Positions 29,315 through 40,806 of a DNA stretch of 64,000 bases are shown here, one piece after another; the first letter of the stretch is position 1; each line of letters opens with the position of its first letter. This DNA is from Minisyncoccota bacterium (GTDB lineage Bacteria; Patescibacteriota; Minisyncoccia; Phycocordibacterales; UBA9973), in the NCBI GenBank assembly GCA_035403785.1, contig DAONFW010000005.1, positions 3,045 to 67,044 on the forward strand, written 5' to 3'. The notes below the pieces were generated by a model. It saw only the letters and a program-made list of their open reading frames with translations, was not told where the DNA came from and ran no database searches. The position numbers and the translations under genes were made by a program.

Positions 29315-30490
29315 TTATCTAAGAAAATGATTAATGTAAATCGACTCAATAATAAGAAAAGCGTCTCTTGGGGTTTCTTCTTGAAAAGTTGCAATTCCAT
29401 GAAGAGCTTCCGTTCCCAAAAAGATTATTCTAAATTTTGACTCAGTCAAAGTGTACTGGTTAAACTGTTCTGTTTTAATAATTTTAGAAAAGAAATTGTT
29501 CAACTCCTGATCAACTGTCACAAAAATAGTAGCCGGAATAGAAATGTCATTTGAAAGATTTACTAGCGACTCTTGAAAACTTTTTAGCCATTTTGCTTCA
29601 AGTTTTTTCATAATTGGTTCTAGTTTGTTTTCTACTTCTTTTGCAGCGTGACCATCTTTGTAGAGAGAAATATAAGATTTTGCTTCAGCCAAAGAACAAT
29701 GCAAAGTTTCTGAAACTTCTCTAATCATGAAATTTCTACCTAACGGAAACGAAATAGAAGAACTCAAAACATCTTTTTTTACCATTGAAATATCCGTGAC
29801 TTCCCCACCAATGTCTATCAATAAAAAGCTATCTTGATGCACGAAAGTATTTCTCGCAACAGCAAAAGAAGCCATCGCAAAAGAAGAGAATTTAATTTCT
29901 TTACAACGAAAATGCATATTAATAACTTTTTCCATTGGAGATAAAATTTGTTCTGGACTCATAGAAATGAAAACTGTCATTTCGAGTGAAGTCGCCTTTT
30001 TCCCCATTGGATTTTGCACATCGTAACCATTTAAGCTAATTTTCATATTTCTAAGCTCAATCGCTCGAATTTTATTTTGCTCGTCTGAATACTGTTTCAA
30101 ATTTTCATCTTCAAAAATTTTTATTTCTTTTTGAATAAGACTATCAGCTAATTTTTGAGTAAACTCAAAAGGCGTCTCTTGAGAATATTTTATTACTCTT
30201 GTTTGAGATGCATACCAAGGTGATGCCAAAACACAAAAAACTTTTTTGGGAGCGCCAATTTTTCGAGTAGCCATTTTGTAAACAACTTTTTCCAAAGTCT
30301 TTAGCATCAATTCCAAAAATCTCTCAGGATTAATATCTTTTTCTAAGCTAATAGGCTCACGAGTTGTATAAATAATTTTTGGAACACCAGAATCAGTCGC
30401 TTTGAAAAAAGCGCCAGCAACAGAAGAAGATCCTATATCAAAGACCAACATTAAATCTTCTGTTTTTTTAGATTTTGAAAAAAATCCCAT
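29315..30490 (-). CDS. FtsA/PilM-like actin-fold protein
   Basis: VFDIGSSSV and LIDIGGEVTDI phosphate motifs. Confidence 0.75.
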   Translation of the reverse strand: MGFFSKSKKTEDLMLVFDIGSSSVAGAFFKATDSGVPKIIYTTREPISLEKDINPERFLELMLKTLEKVVYKMATRKIGAPKKVFCVLASPWYASQTRVIKYSQETPFEFTQKLADSLIQKEIKIFEDENLKQYSDEQNKIRAIELRNMKISLNGYDVQNPMGKKATSLEMTVFISMSPEQILSPMEKVINMHFRCKEIKFSSFAMASFAVARNTFVHQDSFLLIDIGGEVTDISMVKKDVLSSSISFPLGRNFMIREVSETLHCSLAEAKSYISLYKDGHAAKEVENKLEPIMKKLEAKWLKSFQESLVNLSNDISIPATIFVTVDQELNNFFSKIIKTEQFNQYTLTESKFRIIFLGTEALHGIATFQEETPRDAFLIIESIYINHFLR

Positions 30491-30528
30491 ATGTTAGTTT
30501 AATTATAACATACTTAGCTTATTTAAAT

Positions 30529-32175
30529 CTATTCGAGTACTGCTTTTATTCTTCTAACTCCAGCTGAGCTAGCTTCTTCTTTTTTTATTTTAAATTTTCC
30601 AAGTTCTCCAGTATTCGCAACATGTGGTCCGCCGCAAAATTCTTTAGAAAAATAGCCACCGTCTTTATTTTCTACAAAATACACAGACACAACGTCTGGG
30701 TATTTAATTCCAAATTCCATTTCGGCACCAAGCTTTTTCGCTTCTTCTATATTCATTTCTTTCCTAATCACGTTTAATTTTTCCTGAATTTTTTCATTCA
30801 CTAAATCTTCAACTTTTTTCTTTTCTTCATCTGTTAACTTTCTGTCAAAACTGAAATCTATTCGCAATCTCTCATCTGTGATATTACTGCCCTTCTGATG
30901 AATATCCTGACTAACAACTTTCTGAAGCGCAGCCAAAAGCAAATGATGCGCTGTGTGTAGTTTTATAGATTTTTCAGAATGACTAGCCAAGCCACCCTTG
31001 AACATTCCTGCAGACGCGGTCTGTGAAAGTTTCTGATGCTCTTTTAACCGCTCGTCAACTAATTCCCAATATATTGTTAATTTTTTTTCTCTTGCTAATT
31101 CTTCTATTACTTCTCTAGGAAATCCATAAGTTGTAATAAGCTGAAATACTTGTTCTGTTGGAAGGATATTATCTGTTGTTGTGCCAATAGAAACTTTTCT
31201 TATTTTCTCAAATTCTTTCAATCCGTGCTCTAAAGTTAATTTAAATTTTTCTGCTTCTTTTAAAATTTCTGGATTATTAGTTTTTAATTCTTTTTCGCCT
31301 GACATTCTAACCATGCGTCTAATCAATCTTCGCAAAACATATCCGGCACCAGTATTAGCTGGCAAAACTCCATCTTCTATCAATTTTTCAGAAGCTCGCA
31401 TGTGATCTACAATTACTCTTTCTTCTTTTATTTTTTCTCCGTTAAACAAATCTGTATCATAAACACTTTGCTTTTTCTGTACAGTCATTACTAGTCTCTC
31501 AAATCCCATCCCTGTATCAACTCCCAAAACCGGCAACTTTTCTAAGTTTGCTTCACCTTTATCAAGTTGCTCTCGTGAACCATTACAGAAATATTCATTG
31601 AAAACTATATTCCAAATTTCCACATCTTCACCCGATGCGTTCTTACAATATATTTCAGTTGTCGGACCACATGGACCAGAATTTCCAGTTGGTCCCCAGA
31701 ACACATCACTTCCTTCTTCTTTTATTATCAAATTAGAATCTATACTTTTCCAGATACTTTCAGATTCTGAGTCTTTGGGTACATTTTCACTGCCTTCATA
31801 AACAGTCACATAAGAAATTTCTAATCCCATTTCTTTTGTTATGAATTCATGTGCATACTCTATAGCCTCTTTTCTACCATAACCGCCAAAAGAAAAATTT
31901 CCTAACATTTCGAAAAAAGTTAAATGTGTGTTATCTCCAACTTCATCTATGTCCCCAGTTCTCACGCATTTTTGTACTGTTACTATATTTCTACTACCCA
32001 ATTCTTTATCTGCTAATTCTGGATTTAAATAATATTTCTTAAATTGCTGCATGCCCGCAGTGGTAAAAAGCACCGACGGATCGTTTTTTGGAATTAAAGA
32101 AGAAGAAGGCATAACCTTGTGCCCTTTTTTCTCAAAAAAATCTAAAAATTTCTGTCTAATTTCATTTCCTGTCAT
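30529..32175 (-). CDS. alaS: Alanyl-tRNA synthetase (short; aminoacylation + editing domains)
   Basis: LFTTAGMQQ, HLTFFEMLGNFS, HTAHHLL, EFCGGPHV; ends after the editing domain. Confidence 0.95.
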   Translation of the reverse strand: MTGNEIRQKFLDFFEKKGHKVMPSSSLIPKNDPSVLFTTAGMQQFKKYYLNPELADKELGSRNIVTVQKCVRTGDIDEVGDNTHLTFFEMLGNFSFGGYGRKEAIEYAHEFITKEMGLEISYVTVYEGSENVPKDSESESIWKSIDSNLIIKEEGSDVFWGPTGNSGPCGPTTEIYCKNASGEDVEIWNIVFNEYFCNGSREQLDKGEANLEKLPVLGVDTGMGFERLVMTVQKKQSVYDTDLFNGEKIKEERVIVDHMRASEKLIEDGVLPANTGAGYVLRRLIRRMVRMSGEKELKTNNPEILKEAEKFKLTLEHGLKEFEKIRKVSIGTTTDNILPTEQVFQLITTYGFPREVIEELAREKKLTIYWELVDERLKEHQKLSQTASAGMFKGGLASHSEKSIKLHTAHHLLLAALQKVVSQDIHQKGSNITDERLRIDFSFDRKLTDEEKKKVEDLVNEKIQEKLNVIRKEMNIEEAKKLGAEMEFGIKYPDVVSVYFVENKDGGYFSKEFCGGPHVANTGELGKFKIKKEEASSAGVRRIKAVLE

Positions 32176-32256
32176 GTTTCTAAATATAGCAAAAATTAAG
32201 CAAATAAAAAAGAGGACTTATATAAGCCCTCTCTATTCCAAATGATTTTGAAATTT

Positions 32257-32541
32257 TTAATCTTTGAACAACGGCCGCCACCAAACAAATCGTGAGCCTT
32301 TTCTCTGGGTGTTTCTAATCATCCAAATAAAGATTATTAAAAGACCAAGCAAAAAAAGAACCAACTCGGAATTAATTACTTTTTTGATAAAAAGAAAAAT
32401 TCCCACAAAAAACACAGCGAGCGCAGCCAGAGAAAATAAAAACAACAGAGCAATTCTTGTAAAAGCATAAAATCTTGGAATTCTTAATCTTTCTTCGAAT
32501 TTAGAAGCAAGATCATTTCTCTTTTTAACAACCGTCTTCAT
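32257..32541 (-). CDS. Small hypothetical two-TM protein
   Basis: 94 aa; own promoter (TTGACT-17-TAATTT, 32606-32634) and a downstream hairpin. Confidence 0.6.
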   Translation of the reverse strand: MKTVVKKRNDLASKFEERLRIPRFYAFTRIALLFLFSLAALAVFFVGIFLFIKKVINSELVLFLLGLLIIFIWMIRNTQRKGSRFVWWRPLFKD

Positions 32542-32673
32542 TATTGTAATCCCCCATGTTTATATTTATATTTTGATTTGAACTATCAACTTACTACTCA
32601 ATATCAAATTACCAAACAAAAAACAAAGAGTCAAGACTCTTTGTTTTTCAAAAACATAATTTATATTAACTTT

Positions 32674-33159
32674 TTATTCTAATTTATTTTCATCTTGAGG
32701 GTTACCGGAAATTGGATCAACGATTTTCTTTTCCAAGAACCACAAAATTACAAATATGAATAAAGTTAAAACTGTGGCAATCAAAGCTAGTGAATAATAT
32801 CCAAAGCCAACAGCCATTCCAATTCCTGCAGAAACCCAAAGTCCTGTCGCAGTAGTTAATCCAACCAAAGTTGATTCTTTTTTAAACATTGCACCAGCCC
32901 CCAAAAATCCAATACCGGTAATAATAGCGGCAATTACAGCAATAGGACTCATGTTTACATAAGAAAGATTGGCGAAAGAAGCAATTACTTTTGTACCAAG
33001 AATCACCAAAAGCGCCGCACCCATTGAAAGCAAAGCGTAAGTTCGCATTCCCGCAGATTTGTGCGCAATATATCTTTCAACTCCAATTGCCATTCCCAAA
33101 ACCATCGAAAGCAATAATTTAATTATAATATCTTGATTTGTTATAAAAAATTGTGTCAT
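32674..33159 (-). CDS. MgtC/SapB family membrane protein
   Basis: IGVER...AGMRTY, IITGIGFLGAG, GLTTATGLW. Confidence 0.92.
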   Translation of the reverse strand: MTQFFITNQDIIIKLLLSMVLGMAIGVERYIAHKSAGMRTYALLSMGAALLVILGTKVIASFANLSYVNMSPIAVIAAIITGIGFLGAGAMFKKESTLVGLTTATGLWVSAGIGMAVGFGYYSLALIATVLTLFIFVILWFLEKKIVDPISGNPQDENKLE

Positions 33160-33166
33160 GTTTTAA

Positions 33167-34222
33167 TTATACTATTACTCCCCCACCCAGACAAACATTT
33201 TTATCATAAAATACACAAGACTGGCCGGCCGCCACCAAAATTTCTTTCTCAAAATTAATTTCAGCTTTATTCTTGTTTAATTTTTTAATTCTACAGTTTA
33301 AAAACTCACCGTGATATCTAATCTGCGCTGTATATTTTTTATTAACTTTCGGCATAGAGTTTATCCAGTTTAAACTTTCTAATTTATATAAGTTATTTTT
33401 TTGTGAAAGATTTTCTGGCGAGTTAGAAACATACAAAATATTTTTCTTAATATCTTTTTTAATAATATAAAAAGGCTTACTATCTGTCTTCTTTTTTGTA
33501 ATAGTAAAACCATGTCTTTCACCCAAAGTGTGAAAAACAGCGCCATCGTGAAAACCAATTTCTTCGCCTTTTTCATTCAAAACTTTGCCACGCTTTTCTT
33601 TAATATAGTGCTTCAAAAAATCTTTCAAATCTACTGCGCCCAAAAAACAAATTCCCTGGCTATCTTTCTTTTCAGCAACTGGAATCTTAAATTTACTAGC
33701 TAACTTTCTCACTTCCGTTTTATTCAAATTCCCAACTGGAAAAATAATTTTAGAAAGCAATTTTTTATTTAAAGTCCAAAGAAAATAAACTTGATCTTTA
33801 CTTGGATCTTTTGCTTTTACTAAATTATTTTTAATATTCTGTGCATAATGTCCCGTCGCCACATAGTCCGCGCCCATTTCAAGAGATTTTTTCATAAAAG
33901 CACCAAACTTCACTTCTTTGTTGCACATAACATCAGGATTGGGCGTTCTACCAGCTTTGTATTCAGAAATCATATAATCAGCCACTTGCTTCTTGTAGAC
34001 TTCTTCTAGATCAAAAGTCAAAAACGGTATGTCCAAAAAAGCAGCCACACGCATTGCGTCACGTCTTTCTTCTTCTTCATTACATTTTATAAAATTTGGA
34101 TGCCAAGTTTTGATAAAAACTCCAATCACGTCAAAACCCTGCTTTTTTAACAAAGCTGCAGAAACACTCGAATCTACACCGCCCGACATACCGACAAATA
34201 CTGTTTTTCGCTTTTTATTCAT
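33167..34222 (-). CDS. mnmA: tRNA 2-thiouridylase
   Basis: GMSGGVDSS, TPNPDVMCN, ATGHYA, KDSQGICF. Confidence 0.96.
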   Translation of the reverse strand: MNKKRKTVFVGMSGGVDSSVSAALLKKQGFDVIGVFIKTWHPNFIKCNEEEERRDAMRVAAFLDIPFLTFDLEEVYKKQVADYMISEYKAGRTPNPDVMCNKEVKFGAFMKKSLEMGADYVATGHYAQNIKNNLVKAKDPSKDQVYFLWTLNKKLLSKIIFPVGNLNKTEVRKLASKFKIPVAEKKDSQGICFLGAVDLKDFLKHYIKEKRGKVLNEKGEEIGFHDGAVFHTLGERHGFTITKKKTDSKPFYIIKKDIKKNILYVSNSPENLSQKNNLYKLESLNWINSMPKVNKKYTAQIRYHGEFLNCRIKKLNKNKAEINFEKEILVAAGQSCVFYDKNVCLGGGVIV

Positions 34223-34282
34223 TAATAGCAATATTAATATAAAGCTGTATAATATACAAATAATAACTAAAAACTTATACCT

Positions 34283-34831
34283 ATGAGAAAAAATAAATTT
34301 TTTATAATATATGGAGCAAGTGGTTCTGGAAAATCTACAATATTAAATTTTGTAAAAAACATTAAAAATGTTTCTATTCATAAAAAAGATACTTCACGCT
34401 CTTTGCGTAAAAATGAAACAAAAAATGATTCTTTAGATATAAGATTTGTAAAACAATTCAATAAAAAAGAATACGAGTTAATTTACAGTCAATGGGGAAA
34501 TCATTATGGTATAAGAAAAGACCTAATTTCAAAAGCCATAAAAAATAACGAATTTCACTTTATAATTATTGGAGATATAAAAATAGTAAAAAAATTTATA
34601 TCAAAACATAAAAATAGTGTAGTAATATATGTACATTATGATCCTTCTGAAATTCCCAATCGTTTCAAAAACAGAGACCCTCTTGAATTTAAGCAAAGAA
34701 AAAATAAAATAGAAAAACAATATTTAGATTTTATAAAAAACAATACATTGTTTAATCATGTTATCGTTAATTTTTGGGACATAAAACACTCAAAAAAACA
34801 AATTCTTAACATACTTAAATTATATAAATAA
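34283..34831 (+). CDS. Guanylate kinase-like P-loop protein
   Basis: GASGSGKST, TSRSLRKNE, GNHYG; very AT-rich. Confidence 0.7.
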   Translation: MRKNKFFIIYGASGSGKSTILNFVKNIKNVSIHKKDTSRSLRKNETKNDSLDIRFVKQFNKKEYELIYSQWGNHYGIRKDLISKAIKNNEFHFIIIGDIKIVKKFISKHKNSVVIYVHYDPSEIPNRFKNRDPLEFKQRKNKIEKQYLDFIKNNTLFNHVIVNFWDIKHSKKQILNILKLYK

Positions 34832-35359
34832 CTACATCTCCATCAACTTTTTATAAAGTTCAAAAGTTGCACGCGCGTCAGAAAGGCCACTGTGTGGCTG
34901 CTCGTTTTTTATATCAAAACGTTTACACATTTCTCGCAAAGAAAAATGTTTTAAACTTGGATCTCTGTGAAGTTTTGCCCAAGCAATAGAAATTGTATCT
35001 AATTTGTGATAATGCAAAGTATTTTCTATACCGTATTTATTTAAATTATAATCAATAAATTCAAAATCAAATGAGACATTCTGACCAATCATGATACAGT
35101 CTTTTACTTTTTCTGAAAAAATTTTCATCGCTTCTTCTATTTCATAGCCAAATTCCCAATCTTTTTCATTATATTTATTTATTTTCAAAGCTGTCTTGTT
35201 TGCGTTTTCTATATGCCTTGGTTTTATTTTAAATTCAAATTCTTCTATTGTTTTTAATTTATGATCAGTAATTATGCAACCAATTTCAACAATCTCGTGT
35301 TCTATCACATTAAGTCCAGTAGTCTCTATATCGATGAAAGCTAAATTGTGTTTTTTCAT
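34832..35359 (-). CDS. DEDDh 3'-5' exonuclease (DnaQ-like)
   Basis: DIETTGL, QNVSFD, HSGLSDA. Confidence 0.9.
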   Translation of the reverse strand: MKKHNLAFIDIETTGLNVIEHEIVEIGCIITDHKLKTIEEFEFKIKPRHIENANKTALKINKYNEKDWEFGYEIEEAMKIFSEKVKDCIMIGQNVSFDFEFIDYNLNKYGIENTLHYHKLDTISIAWAKLHRDPSLKHFSLREMCKRFDIKNEQPHSGLSDARATFELYKKLMEM

Positions 35360-35375
35360 AAAAATTTTTTAAAAA

Positions 35376-36320
35376 TTATTTCAAATATTTAGCTTTGTTA
35401 AGTTTATGTTCTTCGAAAGTTTTTGCATAATGTATTTCCCCTTCAGTATCGTGTAAATAATACAAATACGGTGAATTTGCTGGTTTTATTGCGGCTTTTA
35501 TTGCTTCTATTCCGGGATTACAAATTGGACTTGCCGGCAAGCCTTTGTTTTTATAAGTCCACATATCAGCATCTACTTGGAGTGGCATGTGTTTTGAAAT
35601 TCTGTTCCAAAGAATTCCAGAAATTACAGCTCTATCTGAATCTCCTTTTGCTTCTTTTTCAATAATAGAAGCCATTATCAAAATTTCTGTTTGACTTTTA
35701 CCAGATGCTAAAATTTCTTTTTGCACAGTCTGTATTTTTTTATCAAAATTTTCTTGCATATAAGCTAAAACGTCTTGTTCGTTGTCTTCAGAAAAAGAAA
35801 AATAAGTATCAGGAAACAAAAATCCCTGCTTGTCTTTTGCTGCTTCTAAAAATTTTACTTCATCAAAGTTTTTAAGTTTTGATGAAAAAGTTTCAGCTAT
35901 TTCTAGATTAGTAAAACCTTCTGGAATGGTAATTTTTAATGGCGCTAAATTTCTCTCTTTCATTGCAACTCTTCTTGCCACTTCAAAAACTGGAACTTTT
36001 TCTTTAAATAAATAATCTCCAATTAAAATATGTTTTTCTCCGCCGTAAAGTATTACGAAAGTTTCAAAAACAGTACGCGAACGAATTAAGTTTTGTTCTT
36101 TAAGATTTTTTGAAACATCTCTAAGTGTATCTCCAGTATTTATACTAAACACTCCGCCAACTGGAAATTTTTTAGGTGCGCTTAAAAATCCAAAATAAAT
36201 AATCAAAAAAAAGAAAAATAAAACTACTATGTAAAAAAAGGCTTTCTTAGGCAAAGAACCTTTGTCTGAAGGAATATTAAAGTTAACAGGTTGATTGTTC
36301 TGTGTAGATAAATTTTCCAT
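35376..36320 (-). CDS. mltG: Endolytic transglycosylase MltG
   Basis: TM anchor, ITIPEG, GFLFPDTY, MASIIEKE, LQVDA, GLPASPICNPG. Confidence 0.92.
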   Translation of the reverse strand: MENLSTQNNQPVNFNIPSDKGSLPKKAFFYIVVLFFFFLIIYFGFLSAPKKFPVGGVFSINTGDTLRDVSKNLKEQNLIRSRTVFETFVILYGGEKHILIGDYLFKEKVPVFEVARRVAMKERNLAPLKITIPEGFTNLEIAETFSSKLKNFDEVKFLEAAKDKQGFLFPDTYFSFSEDNEQDVLAYMQENFDKKIQTVQKEILASGKSQTEILIMASIIEKEAKGDSDRAVISGILWNRISKHMPLQVDADMWTYKNKGLPASPICNPGIEAIKAAIKPANSPYLYYLHDTEGEIHYAKTFEEHKLNKAKYLK

Positions 36321-36325
36321 ATGAT

Positions 36326-37603
36326 TTACATCGGTAAGTTAGTAGGCGGCGCAGCCTCTTTAGATTCAATACGTTCAAGGGTAGGAACTTTGAGCATTTG
36401 ACCTGGAAAATGCCAAATCGTGGCTAGCTCTTCTGTGTTTAAGACAAAAATCTCATGATGTCTAAATTTTGGAAAAAAAATAGATATCGGCCAAGGAATT
36501 CTAATTTTATGCCTAAGTGGCGGATAAAAGAAAGATCTTTCTCGATATTCAGTCAGAACTCTATTTTTCAATTTATACATTGAGCTAGTAGTAAATTGCC
36601 ATGGATAATCAAACTGCGTTGAATTTATACGATTAAAGCTATTCAAATACGGTGAAGTATATTGTCTAAAAACCAAACGCAAATCTTTCTGTCTTCTTCT
36701 ATTATTAGCAAAAACATCTTTCTTCGCTATATAGCAAGCTCTGATACCACAGTCAAAACCCAATTTCAACATTTTTTCTGTTACCCCATCAAGTAATGGC
36801 CCCATAAAGTCAGGAGTACGTCCAGATTTCAAAATACCTGGAGATTTATCAGCTCTTGTTTCAAATTTAGTATAAGGATATGCTATTCTTTCCAATTCAA
36901 GCTGAGATTCTTTTATCCAATCATGTGTACCTTTTACCCCTTTTGTTTTATATTTTTTCTGTGACGCTGTAACTACTATTTGCAACCACATTTGTTCTCC
37001 TTTTTGAATTGAAGCAAAAAGCTCAACCACAGGAGCGATAGGATCAATTTTGTACTCTTCGTCAGGATCTTTGTCCATTCCATAACTAGCATAAGTTCTA
37101 ATTGGATAAGCGTCAGGTTTGGTCAAACCGAATTCACAACCCCAAAGATTCCACTCACTTTTTGGTGTGATTTCATCTACTCCAAGAGTATAATCTTCTG
37201 CTACTCTCACCTGAGCTTGAGGATATTGTGCATAGATTTGAGTTTCAATTAATTGTTTAACACGAGAAGGTGTCCTGATGAAAAAATGTACTTGTCCATC
37301 TATTGATGCTATTTCAAGTGAAAACCAAAACCAAACTGCACCAATCCAATATTTTTCAAAAAGTCCTTTTTTACTCAACATGTAAAGAGCGTTGGTAAAA
37401 AACAGCTCCATGCTTTTTGGTGATTTCAAAACTTCTCTTGGTGGTACCACTTCAAGCAAAACCCATTCAATCCCGGCGATAAAATTTGTTCTTACATAAT
37501 GCACCCATAGCTTCCACGCTGTCCAACCTAAAAAAACTGTAGCCGCTATTGGCAAGAGCCACAGAATAATATTGTAAAAAAAAGTAAACAATGCATTTAA
37601 CAT
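36326..37603 (-). CDS. Hypothetical membrane-anchored protein (CPR-type)
   Basis: N-terminal TM, FSLEIAS, IYAQYP, LNTEELATIWHFP. Confidence 0.78.
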   Translation of the reverse strand: MLNALFTFFYNIILWLLPIAATVFLGWTAWKLWVHYVRTNFIAGIEWVLLEVVPPREVLKSPKSMELFFTNALYMLSKKGLFEKYWIGAVWFWFSLEIASIDGQVHFFIRTPSRVKQLIETQIYAQYPQAQVRVAEDYTLGVDEITPKSEWNLWGCEFGLTKPDAYPIRTYASYGMDKDPDEEYKIDPIAPVVELFASIQKGEQMWLQIVVTASQKKYKTKGVKGTHDWIKESQLELERIAYPYTKFETRADKSPGILKSGRTPDFMGPLLDGVTEKMLKLGFDCGIRACYIAKKDVFANNRRRQKDLRLVFRQYTSPYLNSFNRINSTQFDYPWQFTTSSMYKLKNRVLTEYRERSFFYPPLRHKIRIPWPISIFFPKFRHHEIFVLNTEELATIWHFPGQMLKVPTLERIESKEAAPPTNLPM

Positions 37604-37858
37604 TACTTATATTTTAATACAAAAGTAAATCAAAACCAAATAAATTGGGGATATTATTTCTCAACTTTTAAAACATTTTTAGTTGATTCTATATTTTGCT
37701 GAGAAGTGAAAAAACCTAACAACAAAAGACAGACAAATATTCCAAGCACTATTAAAAAAATATGAATTATGCCTTTATTTTTTTGCATTTTATTATTATA
37801 ACAAAAAACACCCCACTTTCGCGAGATGTTTCAAGTTTGTATTTATCAGTAAGCAGTT

Positions 37859-38887
37859 TTATACAGCTGTATAAAGTCCATTTTTATTCTTTTTGAAATA
37901 TTTAGGATTTTGAATATTTACAAGAATAGTATTTTTCTTGAAATATCTTTCTTTCATTACTTTTTCAACAATTTGTTCTTTAGATAGAGGTCCTTCTCTT
38001 TTTAGGATATCTCTAATTACATCGCGAGCAACTCCAGCCTTATAACCCCATTCTGTAAGCGCATACATTCCTCTTCCTACCAAAACGAATCTTGGATCTT
38101 TGATAAGTTCATTATGACAAGTTGCTGAATGTGTTTTTCTTCCAAAAGTTTTTGTGATTGCTTCTGCAACTTCTCTGAAATGCATAGGAGATCCATGTTT
38201 TCTCATAACCAAGAAAGCATAATCTTTTACTCCTCTTGTGTGTACGTTTGGCGAAGTTGCCTTTCCCCATTCTCCTAATGGATTTTTTGAAATTTTCTTT
38301 GACATTGCCAACCATCTTCGAGCAACTTCCTCATCTCTATATTCTTCTGTAATATCTTGCATGTGACCAAAGAAATTTTTTATCAATTCTGCTTCTGGAA
38401 TAAGATCCTCATCTTTCATATTAGTGAAAAGTTTCTTTAATGAATCATGAACTTTTCCCGCTACTTCATCATCAATACTCCAGCGAGGATGAAAATGATC
38501 GTCTTCCCTGTGCTTTTTAAAAGAATCTCCTAGTACTAGATAAAAGTGAATATGATTCTGAGTTGATTTGTCTTTTGTGATATGCCCCAAAAGATGTTCT
38601 TCACTCACAACAGAACCTAAACTTTGAATTAATTTTTTTAGTTCATCAAAAACAGCCTGTTCTGCTTTGTAAGCATCAGATTTCTTTATAGACTTTAGAG
38701 CAACATCTTCGATCTGACGAACACGTTCTCGAGTTATGTTGTACTTCTTACCGATTTCTTCAAGGGTCTTTCTTTCAGCATCAGTATTCAAACCAAAACG
38801 ACTCATTATCACATCTGAAGCTCTGTCCTGTAAATGTGAGGTGATTCTTTTGGTAACTTGTTTTGGTTTAAATGATATTGTTGACAT
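37859..38887 (-). CDS. Sigma70 region-4-like HTH + C-terminal HARE-HTH-like protein
   Basis: RFGL..TLEEIGKKYNITRERVRQIE; PMHFREVA...HNELIKDPRFVLVGRGMYAL. Confidence 0.8.
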   Translation of the reverse strand: MSTISFKPKQVTKRITSHLQDRASDVIMSRFGLNTDAERKTLEEIGKKYNITRERVRQIEDVALKSIKKSDAYKAEQAVFDELKKLIQSLGSVVSEEHLLGHITKDKSTQNHIHFYLVLGDSFKKHREDDHFHPRWSIDDEVAGKVHDSLKKLFTNMKDEDLIPEAELIKNFFGHMQDITEEYRDEEVARRWLAMSKKISKNPLGEWGKATSPNVHTRGVKDYAFLVMRKHGSPMHFREVAEAITKTFGRKTHSATCHNELIKDPRFVLVGRGMYALTEWGYKAGVARDVIRDILKREGPLSKEQIVEKVMKERYFKKNTILVNIQNPKYFKKNKNGLYTAV

Positions 38888-38991
38888 AAATTATTTTAAT
38901 AAAATGTTTTTTAAAATTTGTAACTATTTATAATATTTATTATACATGATTTTAGGCCAGTGTCAAACTATTTATTCTCTGTTCATTCTGT

Positions 38992-40806
38992 CTATTTTTT
39001 CTCTGAGCGACCGGCTCTAACTCTATCTAGCTCGGTCAAAAGTTTCTTACGTAATCTTACAGAATTTGGAGTAATTTCTATATATTCATCTTCATTAATT
39101 ACTTCCAAGGCACGTTCTATATTAAGGACAAAAGCGGGTTTTAATACTATTGCTTCGTCTGTTCCAGAGGCTCGCATATTTGTAAGTTGCTTGCCTTTTG
39201 TTGGGTTTACAGACATATCGTCCCCTTTAAGAACATTCCCGATAACCATACCTTCGTAAACTTCGGTTCCGTGACTTATATATAATATACCACGTTCTTG
39301 TAAATTTGCAAGAGCAAAGGCTACAGCCTTTCCGTTTACCATAGAAGTCATAGAACCATACTCTCTGCGTCTAATTTCCCCTGCATATTCTTTGAACCCT
39401 ATAAATCTAGCAGACATTATTCCTTCACCTTTAGTATCAACAATAAATTCCCCTCTATATCCCAACAATCCTCTCGTTGGAATATCAAAAATTATTCTTG
39501 CGATACCTTCTTTCTCAGACATGTTCTTCATTATTCCTCTTCTCTTGCCAATTTTTTCTATAACTCCTCCAGAAAATTCCATCGGTACATCTATTACCAA
39601 TTCTTCGTATGGCTCTTTTTGAATTCCATCTTCTTCTTTGATAATTACTTCTGGTTGAGACACCTGCATTTCAAAACCTTCACGTCGCATATTTTCTAAC
39701 AAAATAGCAATATGTAATTCTCCTCTTCCGTAAACTTTGAAAAAGCTTGGCCCAGAACTTTTTGTTCCTTGATCTGGATTAAAATCAACTTTTAACCCAA
39801 CGTTAATTTCTAGTTCTTTTTCTAATCTTTCTTTTATCTGTCTTGAAGTCACAAATTTTCCTTCACGTCCCGCAAACGGAGAATCGTTCACTAAAAAGTT
39901 TAGAGAAATAGTTGGTTCATCAATAGCAATATGCGGCATCATTTCTACACTTTCATCTTCACAAACAGTCTCACCGATATATATGTCAGCGATTCCAGAA
40001 AACAAAACTATATCTCCCGCTGTAGCTTCTTGAACTTCTTTTCTATTCAATCCTTCAAAAGTGAATAGTTTTGTAATTTTTCCAGATCTTGTGCCGTTTT
40101 CATTTTTAACAAAAATCTGACTACCTGAAACCATTTTTCCAGAGTAAATTCTAGCGACTGCCATTCTGCCTAAAAAGTTGTCATAACCCAAATTAAAAAC
40201 TTGCGCAGACATCTTGCCTTCTGACTTAGTAGAAGCTGGCGCAACTTTTTCTAAAATTAAATCTAGAAGTGGCGATAAATCTTTTGATTCATCTGTTAAT
40301 TTTCTTTTTGCAATTCCTTCTCGTCCGATAGCATAAATAGTTTCAAAATCTAACTGCTCATCTGTTGCTCCAAGCTCAATAAACAATTCAAAAATTTCAT
40401 CATGAACTCTCGCAGGATCAGCTGCTGGTTTATCTATCTTGTTAATAACAACAATCGGCTTTAAACCTAATTCTAAAGATTTTTTCAAAACAAATCTTGT
40501 CTGTGGCATTGGACCTTCTACTGCATCTACCAAAAGTAAAACAGAATCAATCGCGCGCAAAACACGTTCTACTTCAGAACCGAAGTCAGCATGCCCAGGT
40601 GTGTCTACTATGTTTATCTTAGTATTTTTGTAATAAATAGAAGTATTTTTAGAGTAAATAGTAATACCTCTTTCTTTTTCTAAATCGTTAGAATCCATTG
40701 AAACATCGTCGCCTTCAAAGACCCCATTCTGCTTCATTAAAGAATCGGTTAATTTTGTCTTACCATGGTCCACGTGAGCTATAATTGCGATGTTTCTAAT
40801 TTCCAT
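38992..40806 (-). CDS. typA: Translational GTPase TypA/BipA
   Basis: [37 protein letters not shown]. Confidence 0.97.
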   Translation of the reverse strand: MEIRNIAIIAHVDHGKTKLTDSLMKQNGVFEGDDVSMDSNDLEKERGITIYSKNTSIYYKNTKINIVDTPGHADFGSEVERVLRAIDSVLLLVDAVEGPMPQTRFVLKKSLELGLKPIVVINKIDKPAADPARVHDEIFELFIELGATDEQLDFETIYAIGREGIAKRKLTDESKDLSPLLDLILEKVAPASTKSEGKMSAQVFNLGYDNFLGRMAVARIYSGKMVSGSQIFVKNENGTRSGKITKLFTFEGLNRKEVQEATAGDIVLFSGIADIYIGETVCEDESVEMMPHIAIDEPTISLNFLVNDSPFAGREGKFVTSRQIKERLEKELEINVGLKVDFNPDQGTKSSGPSFFKVYGRGELHIAILLENMRREGFEMQVSQPEVIIKEEDGIQKEPYEELVIDVPMEFSGGVIEKIGKRRGIMKNMSEKEGIARIIFDIPTRGLLGYRGEFIVDTKGEGIMSARFIGFKEYAGEIRRREYGSMTSMVNGKAVAFALANLQERGILYISHGTEVYEGMVIGNVLKGDDMSVNPTKGKQLTNMRASGTDEAIVLKPAFVLNIERALEVINEDEYIEITPNSVRLRKKLLTELDRVRAGRSEKK

